A program made the translations under genes and the position numbers. The notes below the pieces were generated by a model. The model saw only the letters and a program-made list of their open reading frames with translations, did not search any database and was not told where the DNA came from. From Candidatus Latescibacterota bacterium (GTDB lineage: Bacteria > Latescibacterota > UBA2968), in assembly GCA_965208125.1 (NCBI GenBank), contig OZ242320.1, positions 4,032,001 through 4,096,000 on the forward strand: 64,000 nt of DNA, written 5' to 3'. Positions 9,960 to 19,769 of the stretch are shown in pieces; the first letter of the stretch is position 1; each line of letters starts with the position of its first letter.

Positions 9960-10577
9960 GTGCATATCGAAGATCTCTTTACCCCGGCCCAACGCGTGCT
10001 TGTCGCCCACCTTCACAGCCGCGACCAGGAGGAGCGCCGAGCCGGTTCTACAGATCCGCTGCGCCTCAAGGCCGCCAGCCCAGAGGTGGCTCATTATCTG
10101 TGTCTCACTGCGGTTCACCAACGCGCGAGGACGCTGGTCGAATTTGGCACTTCGCACGGCTATTCCACTTTGCATCTGGCTGCCGCGGCGCAGCACACGG
10201 GAGGCCGCGTTTTCACCCTGGATCAGATGCCGGAGAAAACCGCGGCGGCTCAGGGCAATTTGCGAGCTGCTGGTCTGGACCATCTGGTGGAATGCCATAC
10301 GAGTACCGGTGATGCCTTTATCACGGCTCTTCCCGATCGCGTGGATTTCGTCTTTGTTGATTTTGGTCTGCACGCTTTCGCGCCTATGTTCGATATGTTG
10401 GAAAGCCGCCTGGTGCCAGGAGCTTTCATCTTTGTCGATGGCTGGTCTGCGGTTGAGCAATGGTACATGGATCCGGATTGGTCTGCCTTTAAGAGCCGCC
10501 TGGACGAGGATACCGATTATCTGACATGTATTCTACCCCTGCAAAAGTCGCACCTCATTGCCATTAAACGGTCCTAA
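9960..10577 (+). CDS. Class I SAM-dependent O-methyltransferase
   Basis: VEFGTSHGYSTL, VDFVFVD; GGAG RBS with GTG start. Confidence 0.85.
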   Translation: MHIEDLFTPAQRVLVAHLHSRDQEERRAGSTDPLRLKAASPEVAHYLCLTAVHQRARTLVEFGTSHGYSTLHLAAAAQHTGGRVFTLDQMPEKTAAAQGNLRAAGLDHLVECHTSTGDAFITALPDRVDFVFVDFGLHAFAPMFDMLESRLVPGAFIFVDGWSAVEQWYMDPDWSAFKSRLDEDTDYLTCILPLQKSHLIAIKRS

Positions 10578-10691
10578 AAAAAGATGGCCCGATTCCGAAC
10601 GAGAGATATTTTGAAATGCGGTTGACAAAATGGCGTTGTTGCTACACTTTTTGTTTTTGAGGATAATTGAATCCGCGGCAACATCTATAAA

Positions 10692-10991
10692 ATGGATCTG
10701 ACAATGGACAAAAGAGAAATAGTGAATACGCTAAAGGCATTGAAACCCGATCTTTTGCAACACAAAGTGCGAGAAATTGGCTTATTTGGATCTTTTGTGC
10801 GAGATGAGCAGCAAAATACCAGTGATATAGATGTCTTGATAGATTTTGACGATGATGCCAGCTTATTTGATCTGATTAGAGTCGGAGATTTTTTGGAAAC
10901 AAAACTTCATCGCAAGGTAGATGTTGTCCCCAAAGAGTCACTTCGAGAGGAAATTCGAGACACTGTTTTAAAAGAAATGATAGTGTTGTGA
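10692..10991 (+). CDS. Minimal nucleotidyltransferase (MNT/MntA-type antitoxin)
   Basis: GLFGSFVR..SDIDVLIDF, KVDVV; ~100 aa. Confidence 0.9.
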   Translation: MDLTMDKREIVNTLKALKPDLLQHKVREIGLFGSFVRDEQQNTSDIDVLIDFDDDASLFDLIRVGDFLETKLHRKVDVVPKESLREEIRDTVLKEMIVL

Positions 10992-11058
10992 AGACATGCC
11001 TAAAGCCAAACCACACCTTCAGCAACTTTTAGCTGATATAACCCAAAACAAAAAGTAG
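10988..11058 (+). pseudogene. Remnant of HEPN/DUF86 toxin (C-terminal stub)
   Basis: GTG overlaps the MNT stop; 10990-11058 reads EDMPKAKPHLQQLLADITQNKK*, resembling the last helix of DUF86 proteins; no RX4H core. Confidence 0.6.
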
Positions 11059-11069
11059 AAAGGCATACC

Positions 11070-11921
11070 ATGGACCTGACGAAACAACCGCCTCGCCGAC
11101 CTACCAACACCTCGATGCTCGGTATTGTTTCGCTTGCGCGTTTGACCGATAAAGCGCGGGCGCACCGGGCAAATACGATTGGCGAACATCTCTATGGCGA
11201 GAACTCGGGGTTGGACAAGATAGTACTCGATTTTCTCGGCGTTTCACACGATGATTTTGCCGATGCAGCCCAGCGTAGGAATGACGCCGAATTGTGCGAT
11301 TGGTTGCGCGAAAATTACCCTAAAACTGAAGACGAGATCCAGGCGTACAATAACGAGCTTCTCACCTGGGAACCCTTTGATGATGCGAGCCGTCAGCGCT
11401 TAAAAGATCGTCTTGAAAAATTCAACGCCGATCCCGATAAGGTGAAAACGATGCTCCAATCTATGGAACTTGACGACTGGGGGTGTTTTCGGGATACCGA
11501 TCTGACCCAACATCCACCGCGTTCGCCGTATAATAGTGATGTTGCAGGCATTTACGGCGGATCGCGCATGGGCGATAAAGCACGCGCGGCAAAGGCGGAC
11601 AAGCTCAACGATTATATCTACGATTGTCCCATTGACAAAGTCATTCTCGATTTTCTCAATATATCCGCCGACGATTTTCAGGATGCAGCCTATCACAATG
11701 TCAACGATATCGAACTCGGCGATTGGGTGCTCGAACACACGGATCGCACTCAGGATGAAATTTTGGGTCTGAACGAGGCTCTCTCTCAGAAGGGCCCCGA
11801 TAATGACGAGCAACGCGCAATTTTCAATATAACGCTCAAGCGCGTGGCACCTGGGCGCACCGATATCACCACATGGTTTGACCTTCTCGATCTCGACGAC
11901 GCACACGCCTACAATCTATAA
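11070..11921 (+). CDS. Tandem DUF5069-like domain protein
   Basis: Two internal repeats DLT..PPR.P...G...R..DKARA...Y...D..LDFL....DDF. Confidence 0.75.
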   Translation: MDLTKQPPRRPTNTSMLGIVSLARLTDKARAHRANTIGEHLYGENSGLDKIVLDFLGVSHDDFADAAQRRNDAELCDWLRENYPKTEDEIQAYNNELLTWEPFDDASRQRLKDRLEKFNADPDKVKTMLQSMELDDWGCFRDTDLTQHPPRSPYNSDVAGIYGGSRMGDKARAAKADKLNDYIYDCPIDKVILDFLNISADDFQDAAYHNVNDIELGDWVLEHTDRTQDEILGLNEALSQKGPDNDEQRAIFNITLKRVAPGRTDITTWFDLLDLDDAHAYNL

Positions 11922-11923
11922 TA

Positions 11924-12196
11924 ATGTCCGAACCTGTCGAACTTCCCATTGATGGCGAACTCGATCTCCATCTCTTTCATCCGCGCGATGTCAAAGCTCT
12001 TGTGCCCGATTACCTGGATGAATGCAAAGAGCGCGGTATTTCCGATGTGCGTATTATTCACGGCAAAGGCACGGGTGCGCTGCGGGAAACCGTCCACGTG
12101 ATTCTGAAACGCCGGCCGGATGTCGTCGCATATTATCTCACCGATCACAACTGGGGTTCGACCTCTGTTGTTCTCAATTTGAAGACGCAATCGTGA
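11924..12196 (+). CDS. Stand-alone Smr (MutS2 C-terminal) domain protein
   Basis: LDLH, RIIHGKGTGALR, WGST. Confidence 0.9.
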   Translation: MSEPVELPIDGELDLHLFHPRDVKALVPDYLDECKERGISDVRIIHGKGTGALRETVHVILKRRPDVVAYYLTDHNWGSTSVVLNLKTQS

Positions 12197-12957
12197 CGCC
12201 CAATTTAGAACTCGTCGAATATATCCAAAATGCCGAGCGCATCCTTATCTTCACGGGCGCGGGTGTTTCCACTGCCAGTGGCATACCCGACTTCCGCGGG
12301 CCAGATGGCGTGTGGAAAACCCGGCGACCGGTTTATTACCGGGATTTTATGACCTCTGAAGAAGCGCGTATTGAAGCGTGGGATCAAAAACTCGAGGGCT
12401 GGGCTGCCTTTGAAAACGCCCGTCCCAATGCTGTTCACAAGGCTGTTGTGAAGCTCGAGCGAGCAGATAAAATCGAATGCGTCATTACGCAAAATATCGA
12501 TGGCCTGCATACCCGGGCTGGTACTTCACCCGAACGCTTGATCGAACTGCACGGGACTAATGCGGAAGTCGAATGCCAGACCTGCGGCAAACGCAGCGAT
12601 CCCGAACGCCACTACGCTGCCTTTCGCCGTACAAAAAAACCTCCTGTGTGCGAATGTGGAGGTTATCTCAAATCTGCGACCATTAGCTTTGGTCAACTGC
12701 TCATTGAAGCCGATTTGCACCGGGCAGCACAAGCTGCGGCCAATGCCGATCTGGCGATATCTCTGGGTTCTACTCTATCCGTCTATCCCGCCGCGAGCTT
12801 TCCATTGATGGCAGCAGAACGCGGTGTCCCTTATGTGATTATCAATAAGGGCAAAACTGATCACGACAGTTATGCACATCTCAAATTGCGCCTTGAAGGC
12901 GATGTAACAGAAATTTTTCCACTATCTGTAGAAGAAGCACTTGAGCCTGTCCTGTAA
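12193..12957 (+). CDS. cobB: Sir2/CobB family NAD-dependent deacylase
   Basis: GTG overlaps the Smr stop (GTGA); GAGVSTASGIPDFRG, TQNIDGLH, ELHG, CxxC...CxC. Confidence 0.85.
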   Translation: MTPNLELVEYIQNAERILIFTGAGVSTASGIPDFRGPDGVWKTRRPVYYRDFMTSEEARIEAWDQKLEGWAAFENARPNAVHKAVVKLERADKIECVITQNIDGLHTRAGTSPERLIELHGTNAEVECQTCGKRSDPERHYAAFRRTKKPPVCECGGYLKSATISFGQLLIEADLHRAAQAAANADLAISLGSTLSVYPAASFPLMAAERGVPYVIINKGKTDHDSYAHLKLRLEGDVTEIFPLSVEEALEPVL

Positions 12958-12981
12958 CAGGCGTTCAAGTCTTACCGCTTT

Positions 12982-14214
12982 ATGCTCACTTCCGACCTTT
13001 TGCTCGTGCGCCGTCGCGGGCCTTATATCGAGCCTCGCTATGTGGATACTACAGCGCCCAATATTATCGCGCTGGCAGAGGAAATTATCGATATTTTTAC
13101 CGATCACCAGGGCAAGTCGCGCGGTGAATTACACAGCGCTCTGGACCTGCGTGCGGCCGAGGCAACGGATTATCGCGTTCAACGCGGTCTGACGAAATTG
13201 CTCGAAGATGATCGCTGTGAGTTTCGCATTGACAGCATTGTAGAACCCGAAGAAATTCGCACACAGGTTTTTGGTCTCAGCCGAGAGAATCACCCCGTTG
13301 TCCGCGAACCCGATCTTCTCTATCCCGTCACACGCGAACACATTCTCGATCAGGTCGCGCTCAAATATCAGACCTCGTCGGAAAATATCGCGCATAGCCT
13401 CTACGCAGACCTTCCCGTCAATCACTATCTCGATCGCTTTGACGCACCCGATCCCGCGTGGTTGCTCAACCGCTACAATGTCGCACTCGCGCAGGCGATG
13501 TTCTATCGCTGCACCCGCATGCGACTCTCGGTGCATCGCAACTTGCCCGTGCGCTACAAACAGCTCTTTAAGTTTATCAAATTTTATCGTTTGATACACG
13601 ATATCCGCGGCGACCGGGATGCGGGATACGAGATCGTTCTCGACGGTCCCGTAAGTCTGTTTCGCCTCTCGCAAAAATACGGTATTCAGATGGCTGTTTT
13701 TTTGCCTGCGTTGCTCTTGTGTATCCGCTGGAAAATGGAAGCCACGGTCAAACTCAAAGATGGTCGCGAAGGCGATTTTGTCCTGGATGACAACCACAAT
13801 TTGATTTCGCATTACAAAGATCAGACCATGTACGATTCTCTTCTCGAAGAGACCTTTGCTACGCGCTTTGAGAAAGCCAGGACCGACTGGGAACTCGAAC
13901 GCGAAACCGAAATTGTGAATCTCAAGAATACGGTCTTCATTCCCGATTTTGCATTCCGCCATCCCGATGGTCGCACGGCGCTGCTCGAGATCGTCGGTTT
14001 CTGGCATCCCGATTATCTGAGGCGCAAACTCGACAAACTCCGCCGCGCCAATCGCAAAGACCTCGTCGTCGCTGTCTCCCGCGATCTCAATGTCCAGGAA
14101 GAAGATTTCGAGGATGTGCCCGGACATGTCTTCTTTTTTAAAACCCGAATTCAACCCCAGGATGTCGTCCAACGCCTCGATCAAATTAGTCCCGAAGACT
14201 GCGTAAATGATTGA
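12982..14214 (+). CDS. DUF790 family (Bax1-like) PD-(D/E)xK endonuclease
   Basis: MLTSDLL, LYADL, YNVALAQ, DGP.SLF...KYG, IPDF...EIVGFW. Confidence 0.88.
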   Translation: MLTSDLLLVRRRGPYIEPRYVDTTAPNIIALAEEIIDIFTDHQGKSRGELHSALDLRAAEATDYRVQRGLTKLLEDDRCEFRIDSIVEPEEIRTQVFGLSRENHPVVREPDLLYPVTREHILDQVALKYQTSSENIAHSLYADLPVNHYLDRFDAPDPAWLLNRYNVALAQAMFYRCTRMRLSVHRNLPVRYKQLFKFIKFYRLIHDIRGDRDAGYEIVLDGPVSLFRLSQKYGIQMAVFLPALLLCIRWKMEATVKLKDGREGDFVLDDNHNLISHYKDQTMYDSLLEETFATRFEKARTDWELERETEIVNLKNTVFIPDFAFRHPDGRTALLEIVGFWHPDYLRRKLDKLRRANRKDLVVAVSRDLNVQEEDFEDVPGHVFFFKTRIQPQDVVQRLDQISPEDCVND

Positions 14215-14239
14215 ACATTGCGCGGGGAAATGGTATATT
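14211..14239 (+). promoter_or_regulatory. sigma70-like promoter upstream of the M16 peptidase
   Basis: TTGAAC-N17-TATATT with extended -10 TG. Confidence 0.45.
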
Positions 14240-14323
14240 TGAAACTTCTGTCCTGTTCACAGCATCCCAAAATAGACAGACCTGCAAAATTCACAACACG
14301 GTTCACTTTCAAAGGAGTGCATT

Positions 14324-17221
14324 ATGCGGCAATTATTCGCCCTTACCCTTTTCGCTCTTACACTGATAGTTTCACCTGTTTTCGCCGGGTTTACGCGCGT
14401 TAATGCGCCCAATCCCGACGATCCGATGAATGTACATATTTACAAACTCGATAATGGCCTTGCGGTTTATCTCACCGAAAACCACGAAGAACCGCGTTTT
14501 TATGCCGAAATCCCCGTACGTGCGGGAAGTAAACACGATCCCGCCGAATCTACGGGTCTGGCGCATTACCTGGAACATATGCTTTTTAAGGGTACGCAAA
14601 ATATCGGGACATTGAATTACAAAAGAGAAAAAGCCCACATTGACCGCATTATTGCGCTCTACGAAGATCACTTCCGCGAAACCGATCCCGAAAAACGCAA
14701 GGCCATTTATGCAGAGATCAACAAAGCATCTCAACAGGCTGCACAATACGCTATACCCAACGAACTCGACAAACTCTACAAAGCTATGGGCGAGAGTGGC
14801 TTGAATGCACACACCTGGCACGAAGAAACCGTGTACAAAGTGGGGTTGCCCAGCAATTATCTCAAACACTGGGCAAAAATTGAGTCTGAACGGTTTCAAA
14901 ATCCCGTGTTTCGCCTGTTCCAACCCGAACTCGAAGTGGTATATGAGGAAAAGAACCGCACATTGGACAACAAAGGCTGGCTCATCAGCGAGGCTGTGAA
15001 TAAACATCTATACAAAAAGCATCCCTACGGCCAGCAAACCACGATTGGCGAGGTGGAGCATCTCAAAAATCCCTCGATTAAAAATATGTACCAATTCTAC
15101 GACACTTATTACGTGCCCAATAATATGGCGATTTGTATTTCGGGCGATATTGACATTGACGCGACTATTAAACTGATTGACGAACATTTTTCAGCATGGA
15201 AAGCCAAAGATATTCCCGTGCTCCAAACATGGGAAGAACCACCCCTTAAAGGTGCTGAGCGCGTCACGGTTAAATTTCAGGGTGAAGAATACGTACTTCT
15301 GGCTTTTCGCACAAATCACCGCAGCCATAAAGACGCCGAAGCTCTGAAGCTGATTGATATGATTCTGGACAATCGCACAGCGGGGCTTATCAATCTCAAT
15401 CTCGTGCAGCAGCAGAAAGTACGACGCGCGGGAAGTTATCCCTACTTGCACAATGATTACGGCACGCAATATCTGTGGGGCATTCCAAAAAAAGATCAAA
15501 CACTTGCCGAAGTTGAGCAATTGCTGCTGGATCAAATTGCCCTGATCAAACGCGGGGAATTTGACGAAAGTCTGCTGTCTGCGATTGTCACGGATTTTAA
15601 AAAGAATCAAAAACGAGGTTTGGAATCCAATCGCAGCCGGGTCAGACAAATGACCAGTGCGTTTTTGGGATTTGCCGAATGGGGCCACGAGGTCGCTGAA
15701 ATTGCCCGTATGGAAAAAATCACCCGAGAAGATATCGTGCGTGTAGCCAATCATTATTTTGGTGAGGACTATGTTGCGGGCTATCGCATTGACGAACAAC
15801 ACGAGTTGCCCAAAATCGACAAGCCCAAAATCGACAAGATTGATATTGATCCGACTCGGCAATCCGAATTTGCAAAAGATGTGCTGGCTATGTCTGCCGA
15901 TGAGCTTTCTCCCGTTTTTGTCACCGATAAAGACTATACCATTGCACAGGTGCGGGACGGTGTAAAACTCTACTATGTGAAAAACCCGGTTAATGATCTC
16001 TTCACTTTTACGCTGAGTGTAGATATGGGGACGTATCAGGATAACCGACTCAGCACGGCCAGATCGCTTCTGGATAAATCTGGTGCGGGCGACCTGGCTC
16101 CCGATGCGCTGAAGAGAGAATGGTACAAACTGGGTACGGATTTCAATATTGGCGTGTCAGATAATGAGACCAATATCAGCATTTCAGGCTTAGATGAAAA
16201 TTTTGGGGCTTCTCTTTCACTGATGATGAAATACATCCAGAATCCGACTGCTGATCAGGCCACGCTCGATGAGCTCGTCAAAATCACCCTCGCGCAACGC
16301 GAAGATGAAAAGAAAGATCCCCGGTCTTTGCGCAATGCCCTGCGTTTGTACAGTCGTTATGGCGACAATTCCTCGTACAAACGCCGCATTTCTTCTGAGG
16401 CATTGAAAAAGCTCACGGTTGCAGAATTGCACGGTTTGATATCCAGCCTACCGACCTATGAACATGTCCTGATTTACGGTGGTTCAAGGCCGATGGACGA
16501 GGTTCTTGCGACACTGCAAAAACACTTCTCTGATAGTGGCGAACTGAAGAAGTCCCCTGCTTATGAACGTCTCGTAGTTCACGCGCCAGACAAAACCGAA
16601 ATCCGATTCTTTCACAAAGAAACAGCCCAGTCTCAGGTCTTTGTCGAGTCTGGAGGCGTAGTGTTCGATGCTGCACTCCGTCCGGCTATTGATCTCTACA
16701 ATGATTATTTTGCCGGGGGTATGTCGGGCATTGTTTTTCAGGAATTGCGCGAAGCCCGCGCCCTGGCGTATTCTACATTTGCGCGGTATGACCTCGGCGA
16801 TCGCAGCAATGATCAGAATGTCCTGTGGGGATATATTGGTTGCCAGGCGGACAAAACCCCGGAGGCTGTTGCTGCACTGGTCGAGTTGATTGACGATTTG
16901 CCCGAATCTCCCGAGCGTTTTTCAGAAGCCAAAAATTCTGTGGTTAATCGCTATCGCGTCGCCAAGATCAAATACCGCGAGTTGCCCGGCGTGTTGCGTA
17001 TTTGGGAACGTCGCAACCAGACGCCCGATCCGCGAAAAGAGCGGTTTGATCACATTCTTCAGGCTGAGATGCCGGTTGTGTTCGATTTCCACAAGCAACA
17101 TATTGCCAAACGCCCCAAACTTATCTCTATTATGGGCGACACGACCAAATTTGATCTCAACAGCTTGAGCACTCTCGGCACGGTTACGCCCGTGACACTG
17201 GATGATTTGTTTGTGGACTAG
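14324..17221 (+). CDS. Secreted M16 (insulinase) family zinc protease
   Basis: Signal peptide; LDNGL, inverted zinc motif HYLEH, HPYG, YVPNN, LREARALAY. Confidence 0.93.
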   Translation: MRQLFALTLFALTLIVSPVFAGFTRVNAPNPDDPMNVHIYKLDNGLAVYLTENHEEPRFYAEIPVRAGSKHDPAESTGLAHYLEHMLFKGTQNIGTLNYKREKAHIDRIIALYEDHFRETDPEKRKAIYAEINKASQQAAQYAIPNELDKLYKAMGESGLNAHTWHEETVYKVGLPSNYLKHWAKIESERFQNPVFRLFQPELEVVYEEKNRTLDNKGWLISEAVNKHLYKKHPYGQQTTIGEVEHLKNPSIKNMYQFYDTYYVPNNMAICISGDIDIDATIKLIDEHFSAWKAKDIPVLQTWEEPPLKGAERVTVKFQGEEYVLLAFRTNHRSHKDAEALKLIDMILDNRTAGLINLNLVQQQKVRRAGSYPYLHNDYGTQYLWGIPKKDQTLAEVEQLLLDQIALIKRGEFDESLLSAIVTDFKKNQKRGLESNRSRVRQMTSAFLGFAEWGHEVAEIARMEKITREDIVRVANHYFGEDYVAGYRIDEQHELPKIDKPKIDKIDIDPTRQSEFAKDVLAMSADELSPVFVTDKDYTIAQVRDGVKLYYVKNPVNDLFTFTLSVDMGTYQDNRLSTARSLLDKSGAGDLAPDALKREWYKLGTDFNIGVSDNETNISISGLDENFGASLSLMMKYIQNPTADQATLDELVKITLAQREDEKKDPRSLRNALRLYSRYGDNSSYKRRISSEALKKLTVAELHGLISSLPTYEHVLIYGGSRPMDEVLATLQKHFSDSGELKKSPAYERLVVHAPDKTEIRFFHKETAQSQVFVESGGVVFDAALRPAIDLYNDYFAGGMSGIVFQELREARALAYSTFARYDLGDRSNDQNVLWGYIGCQADKTPEAVAALVELIDDLPESPERFSEAKNSVVNRYRVAKIKYRELPGVLRIWERRNQTPDPRKERFDHILQAEMPVVFDFHKQHIAKRPKLISIMGDTTKFDLNSLSTLGTVTPVTLDDLFVD

Positions 17222-17231
17222 GAGTGATCAG

Positions 17232-18323
17232 ATGAAAATTACCGAGGTAAAAACATATTATTTGCGATATCCCTTGCGAGAGAAGTTCGCGATTTCGAGG
17301 GGATGGTCCACGAGCCGCCAGGCGCAAGTTGTGGAGATCGCTACAGATAATGGCTTGATTGGGTGGGGTGAGGGAACAGGCGAAGTCCATCGGTCTGCGA
17401 TTGACGCGCATATTGTGGGGCGCAGTCCGTTTGATTGTGGCGCGATCTATCAGGCGTTGTCCGATGATGGGGTAAGCCCGAAGGCGATCAGTGGGATAGA
17501 TATTGCGCTGTGGGATTTGATGGGGAAGGCTCTCGATATGCCGGTGTATCAATTATTGGGGGGAAAGGTGAGAGACAAGATTCCCGCGTATGCCACCGGG
17601 TTATTTCGCATAGACCGCCCCGATGTGACACAGGCTCTTGTCGATGAGGCAAAAGGCTATGTCGATATGGGTTTTTCAGCGATGAAGATGAAGATCGGAT
17701 TTGGTGCGGATTACGATGTCAAAAATGTAACGGCAATTCGGCAGGCAATAGGTCCCGATGTGTTGTTTGCCGTGGATGCCAATTGCGGGTATGATGTGGG
17801 TACGGCTATTGATGTGGGTCACAAGATCGCACACAATGATTTGTTCTGGTATGAAGAGCCGATACCAACGGATGATGTGCGCGGGTATTTGCAGGTGAAA
17901 GGTGCGTTGCCCATACGCATTGCAGGTGCAGAAGGACTGGCCGGGCGTTGGGCGTTCCGCGAGTTGATTCAGCAGCGGGCACTTGATATTGTGCAGCCCG
18001 ATATTAGCATTGCAGGTGGGTTTAGCGAATGTAGCATTATTGCGGCGATGGCGAGCGCAAATTATGTGCGGGTTTTGCCGCATATGTGGGGCAGTCATAT
18101 TCGGTTGGCGGCGACTGTCCACTGGCAGGCTACTATTCCCGATGCGCCGGATGCGTTGAATCCCATTCCATCCCTGTTTGAATACGATATGACGGAGAAT
18201 GAGTTGCGGACGGAACTGGCTGTAAATCCGATCCAGGCCGTGGATGGCGAATTGCCCGTGCCCGATGCACCGGGATTGGGCATTGAGATTGATCGAGATG
18301 TGTTGGAAAAATACGCTGTTTGA
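17232..18323 (+). CDS. Mandelate racemase/muconate lactonizing enzyme family dehydratase
   Basis: GIDIALWDLMGK, KMKIG, VDAN, YEEP, QPD, PGLG. Confidence 0.92.
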   Translation: MKITEVKTYYLRYPLREKFAISRGWSTSRQAQVVEIATDNGLIGWGEGTGEVHRSAIDAHIVGRSPFDCGAIYQALSDDGVSPKAISGIDIALWDLMGKALDMPVYQLLGGKVRDKIPAYATGLFRIDRPDVTQALVDEAKGYVDMGFSAMKMKIGFGADYDVKNVTAIRQAIGPDVLFAVDANCGYDVGTAIDVGHKIAHNDLFWYEEPIPTDDVRGYLQVKGALPIRIAGAEGLAGRWAFRELIQQRALDIVQPDISIAGGFSECSIIAAMASANYVRVLPHMWGSHIRLAATVHWQATIPDAPDALNPIPSLFEYDMTENELRTELAVNPIQAVDGELPVPDAPGLGIEIDRDVLEKYAV

Positions 18324-18358
18324 ATTGGCGTTTGATAACACAAACACAAGGAACAGAG

Positions 18359-19525
18359 ATGAAAATTCACGAATATCAGGCTAAAGAAGTTCTCAGGGCC
18401 TTTGGTGTGCCTGTGCCAAATGGCGCGGTTGCTCGTACGCCCGAAGAGGCCGAAGCTGTTGCCGGAGATCTCGGCGGGGCAGTGGTCGTCAAAGCGCAGA
18501 TCCACGCAGGCGGTCGCGGCAAAGGGGGCGGTATTAAACTCGCATCCGATCCTGCCGAAGCCAGAGAAGTGGCATCAGAAATTATTGGCATGCAACTCGT
18601 TACCCCGCAGACTGGTGCTGAGGGTCAAAATGTCAAGTCTGTTTGGGTGGAAAATGCAACGGATATTGACCGCGAATTATATTTGGGTATTGTGCTGGAC
18701 CGCGCGCAGTCGCGTCTGGTTGTTATGGCTTCCCGTGCGGGTGGCATGGATATTGAAGAGGTGGCTGCGACGACGCCAGAGAAAATTCTCAAAGAGGTCG
18801 TTCATCCAGGCGTGGGGCTTCAGCCTTTTCAGGCGCGGCGTCTCGCACTCGGTCTGGGGCTTGAAGGCGATCAGCTCAAACAGGGAGTTGCATTTATCAC
18901 TGCCCTTTACAATGCTTATGAAGAGACCGATTGTTCGCTCGCAGAAATCAATCCTCTCGTTGTGTCCAAAAGCGGTGAGGTTCTGGCTCTGGATGCCAAG
19001 ATGAACTTTGATGATAGTGCGATGTATCGCCATTCTGATATCTATGAATTGCGCGATGTTGACGAGGAAGATCCGCTCGAGGTCGAAGCCTCAAAATACG
19101 ATCTCAATTATATCAAACTTGACGGCGAAGTCGGCTGTATGGTCAATGGCGCAGGTCTGGCGATGGCTACGATGGATATTGTCAAATACGCGGGGTCGTC
19201 ACCGGCAAATTTTCTTGATGTTGGTGGGGGCACCAATGTCGAGCGCGTCAAAAATGCGATGCGTATTCTCACGTCCGACGAAGCGGTCAAAGCTGTGCTT
19301 ATCAATATTTTTGGCGGTATTGTGCGCTGTGACCGCGTGGCTGAAGGTGTTGTTGCCGCGCTTGAAGATATCGAAATCAATGTGCCGCTGGTGGTGCGAT
19401 TGCAGGGGACCAACGCTGAAGAAGGGGCGCAGATTCTCGAAAATTCGGGTCTTGAATTTACCGTTGCCCGCAAGCTCCAGGAAGCTGCCGAGGCCGTTGT
19501 TGCCGCTGTACAGAACGCCGCATAG
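18359..19525 (+). CDS. sucC: Succinate-CoA ligase beta subunit
   Basis: MKIHEYQAKE, KAQIHAGGRGKGGG, NGAGLAMATMD, NIFGGIVRCD. Confidence 0.97.
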   Translation: MKIHEYQAKEVLRAFGVPVPNGAVARTPEEAEAVAGDLGGAVVVKAQIHAGGRGKGGGIKLASDPAEAREVASEIIGMQLVTPQTGAEGQNVKSVWVENATDIDRELYLGIVLDRAQSRLVVMASRAGGMDIEEVAATTPEKILKEVVHPGVGLQPFQARRLALGLGLEGDQLKQGVAFITALYNAYEETDCSLAEINPLVVSKSGEVLALDAKMNFDDSAMYRHSDIYELRDVDEEDPLEVEASKYDLNYIKLDGEVGCMVNGAGLAMATMDIVKYAGSSPANFLDVGGGTNVERVKNAMRILTSDEAVKAVLINIFGGIVRCDRVAEGVVAALEDIEINVPLVVRLQGTNAEEGAQILENSGLEFTVARKLQEAAEAVVAAVQNAA

Positions 19526-19547
19526 ACCTGGAGCAGAGCGTAAAATG

Positions 19548-19581
19548 AAAAGGGGCGCAGGATGACAGTGTGCTCCTTTTT
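19548..19581 (+). terminator. Intrinsic terminator after sucC
   Basis: aaaaggggcgca / tgtgctcctttt stem (2 G-U pairs), 9-nt loop, T-run. Confidence 0.75.
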
Positions 19582-19596
19582 GCTGTGTCTTATATT

Positions 19597-19629
19597 GACA
19601 ATATGGCAATAATTCGGACAATATGGCAA
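19597..19629. repeat. Perfect 13-bp direct repeat GACAATATGGCAA with 20-bp period
   Basis: Copies at 19597-19609 and 19617-19629. Confidence 0.85.
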
Positions 19630-19706
19630 ATTTTTTAAAATCGTATAAATCTCAATAATGAAAATAAATACTTATTTTATATCAAATTACAAATTTTTGG
19701 CCTTTA

Positions 19707-19722
19707 TGGTATATATATTGCT
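19707..19722 (+). promoter_or_regulatory. sigma54-type promoter for zinc-ribbon gene and dnaK
   Basis: TGGTATATATATTGCT = GG-N10-GC with TTGC at -12. Confidence 0.6.
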
Positions 19723-19769
19723 TTATAAAACAGATGTACATTCCACCATTCCAAATCAGAGGGTCTGTT

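Noticed and set aside
10622-10648. TGACAAAATGGC similar to the dnaK upstream repeat
   Set aside because: Single copy overlapping a plausible sigma70 -35/extended -10; no -24/-12 element nearby
12193-12957. Sir2 as a Thoeris/DSR-type NADase effector
   Set aside because: Has canonical CobB motifs and a zinc-binding domain; no TIR, pAgo or HerA partner
13129-14184. Long antisense ORFs (also 48319-49218, 58933-60015, 6705-7496)
   Set aside because: Shadow frames opposite well-supported genes, with no motifs or RBS
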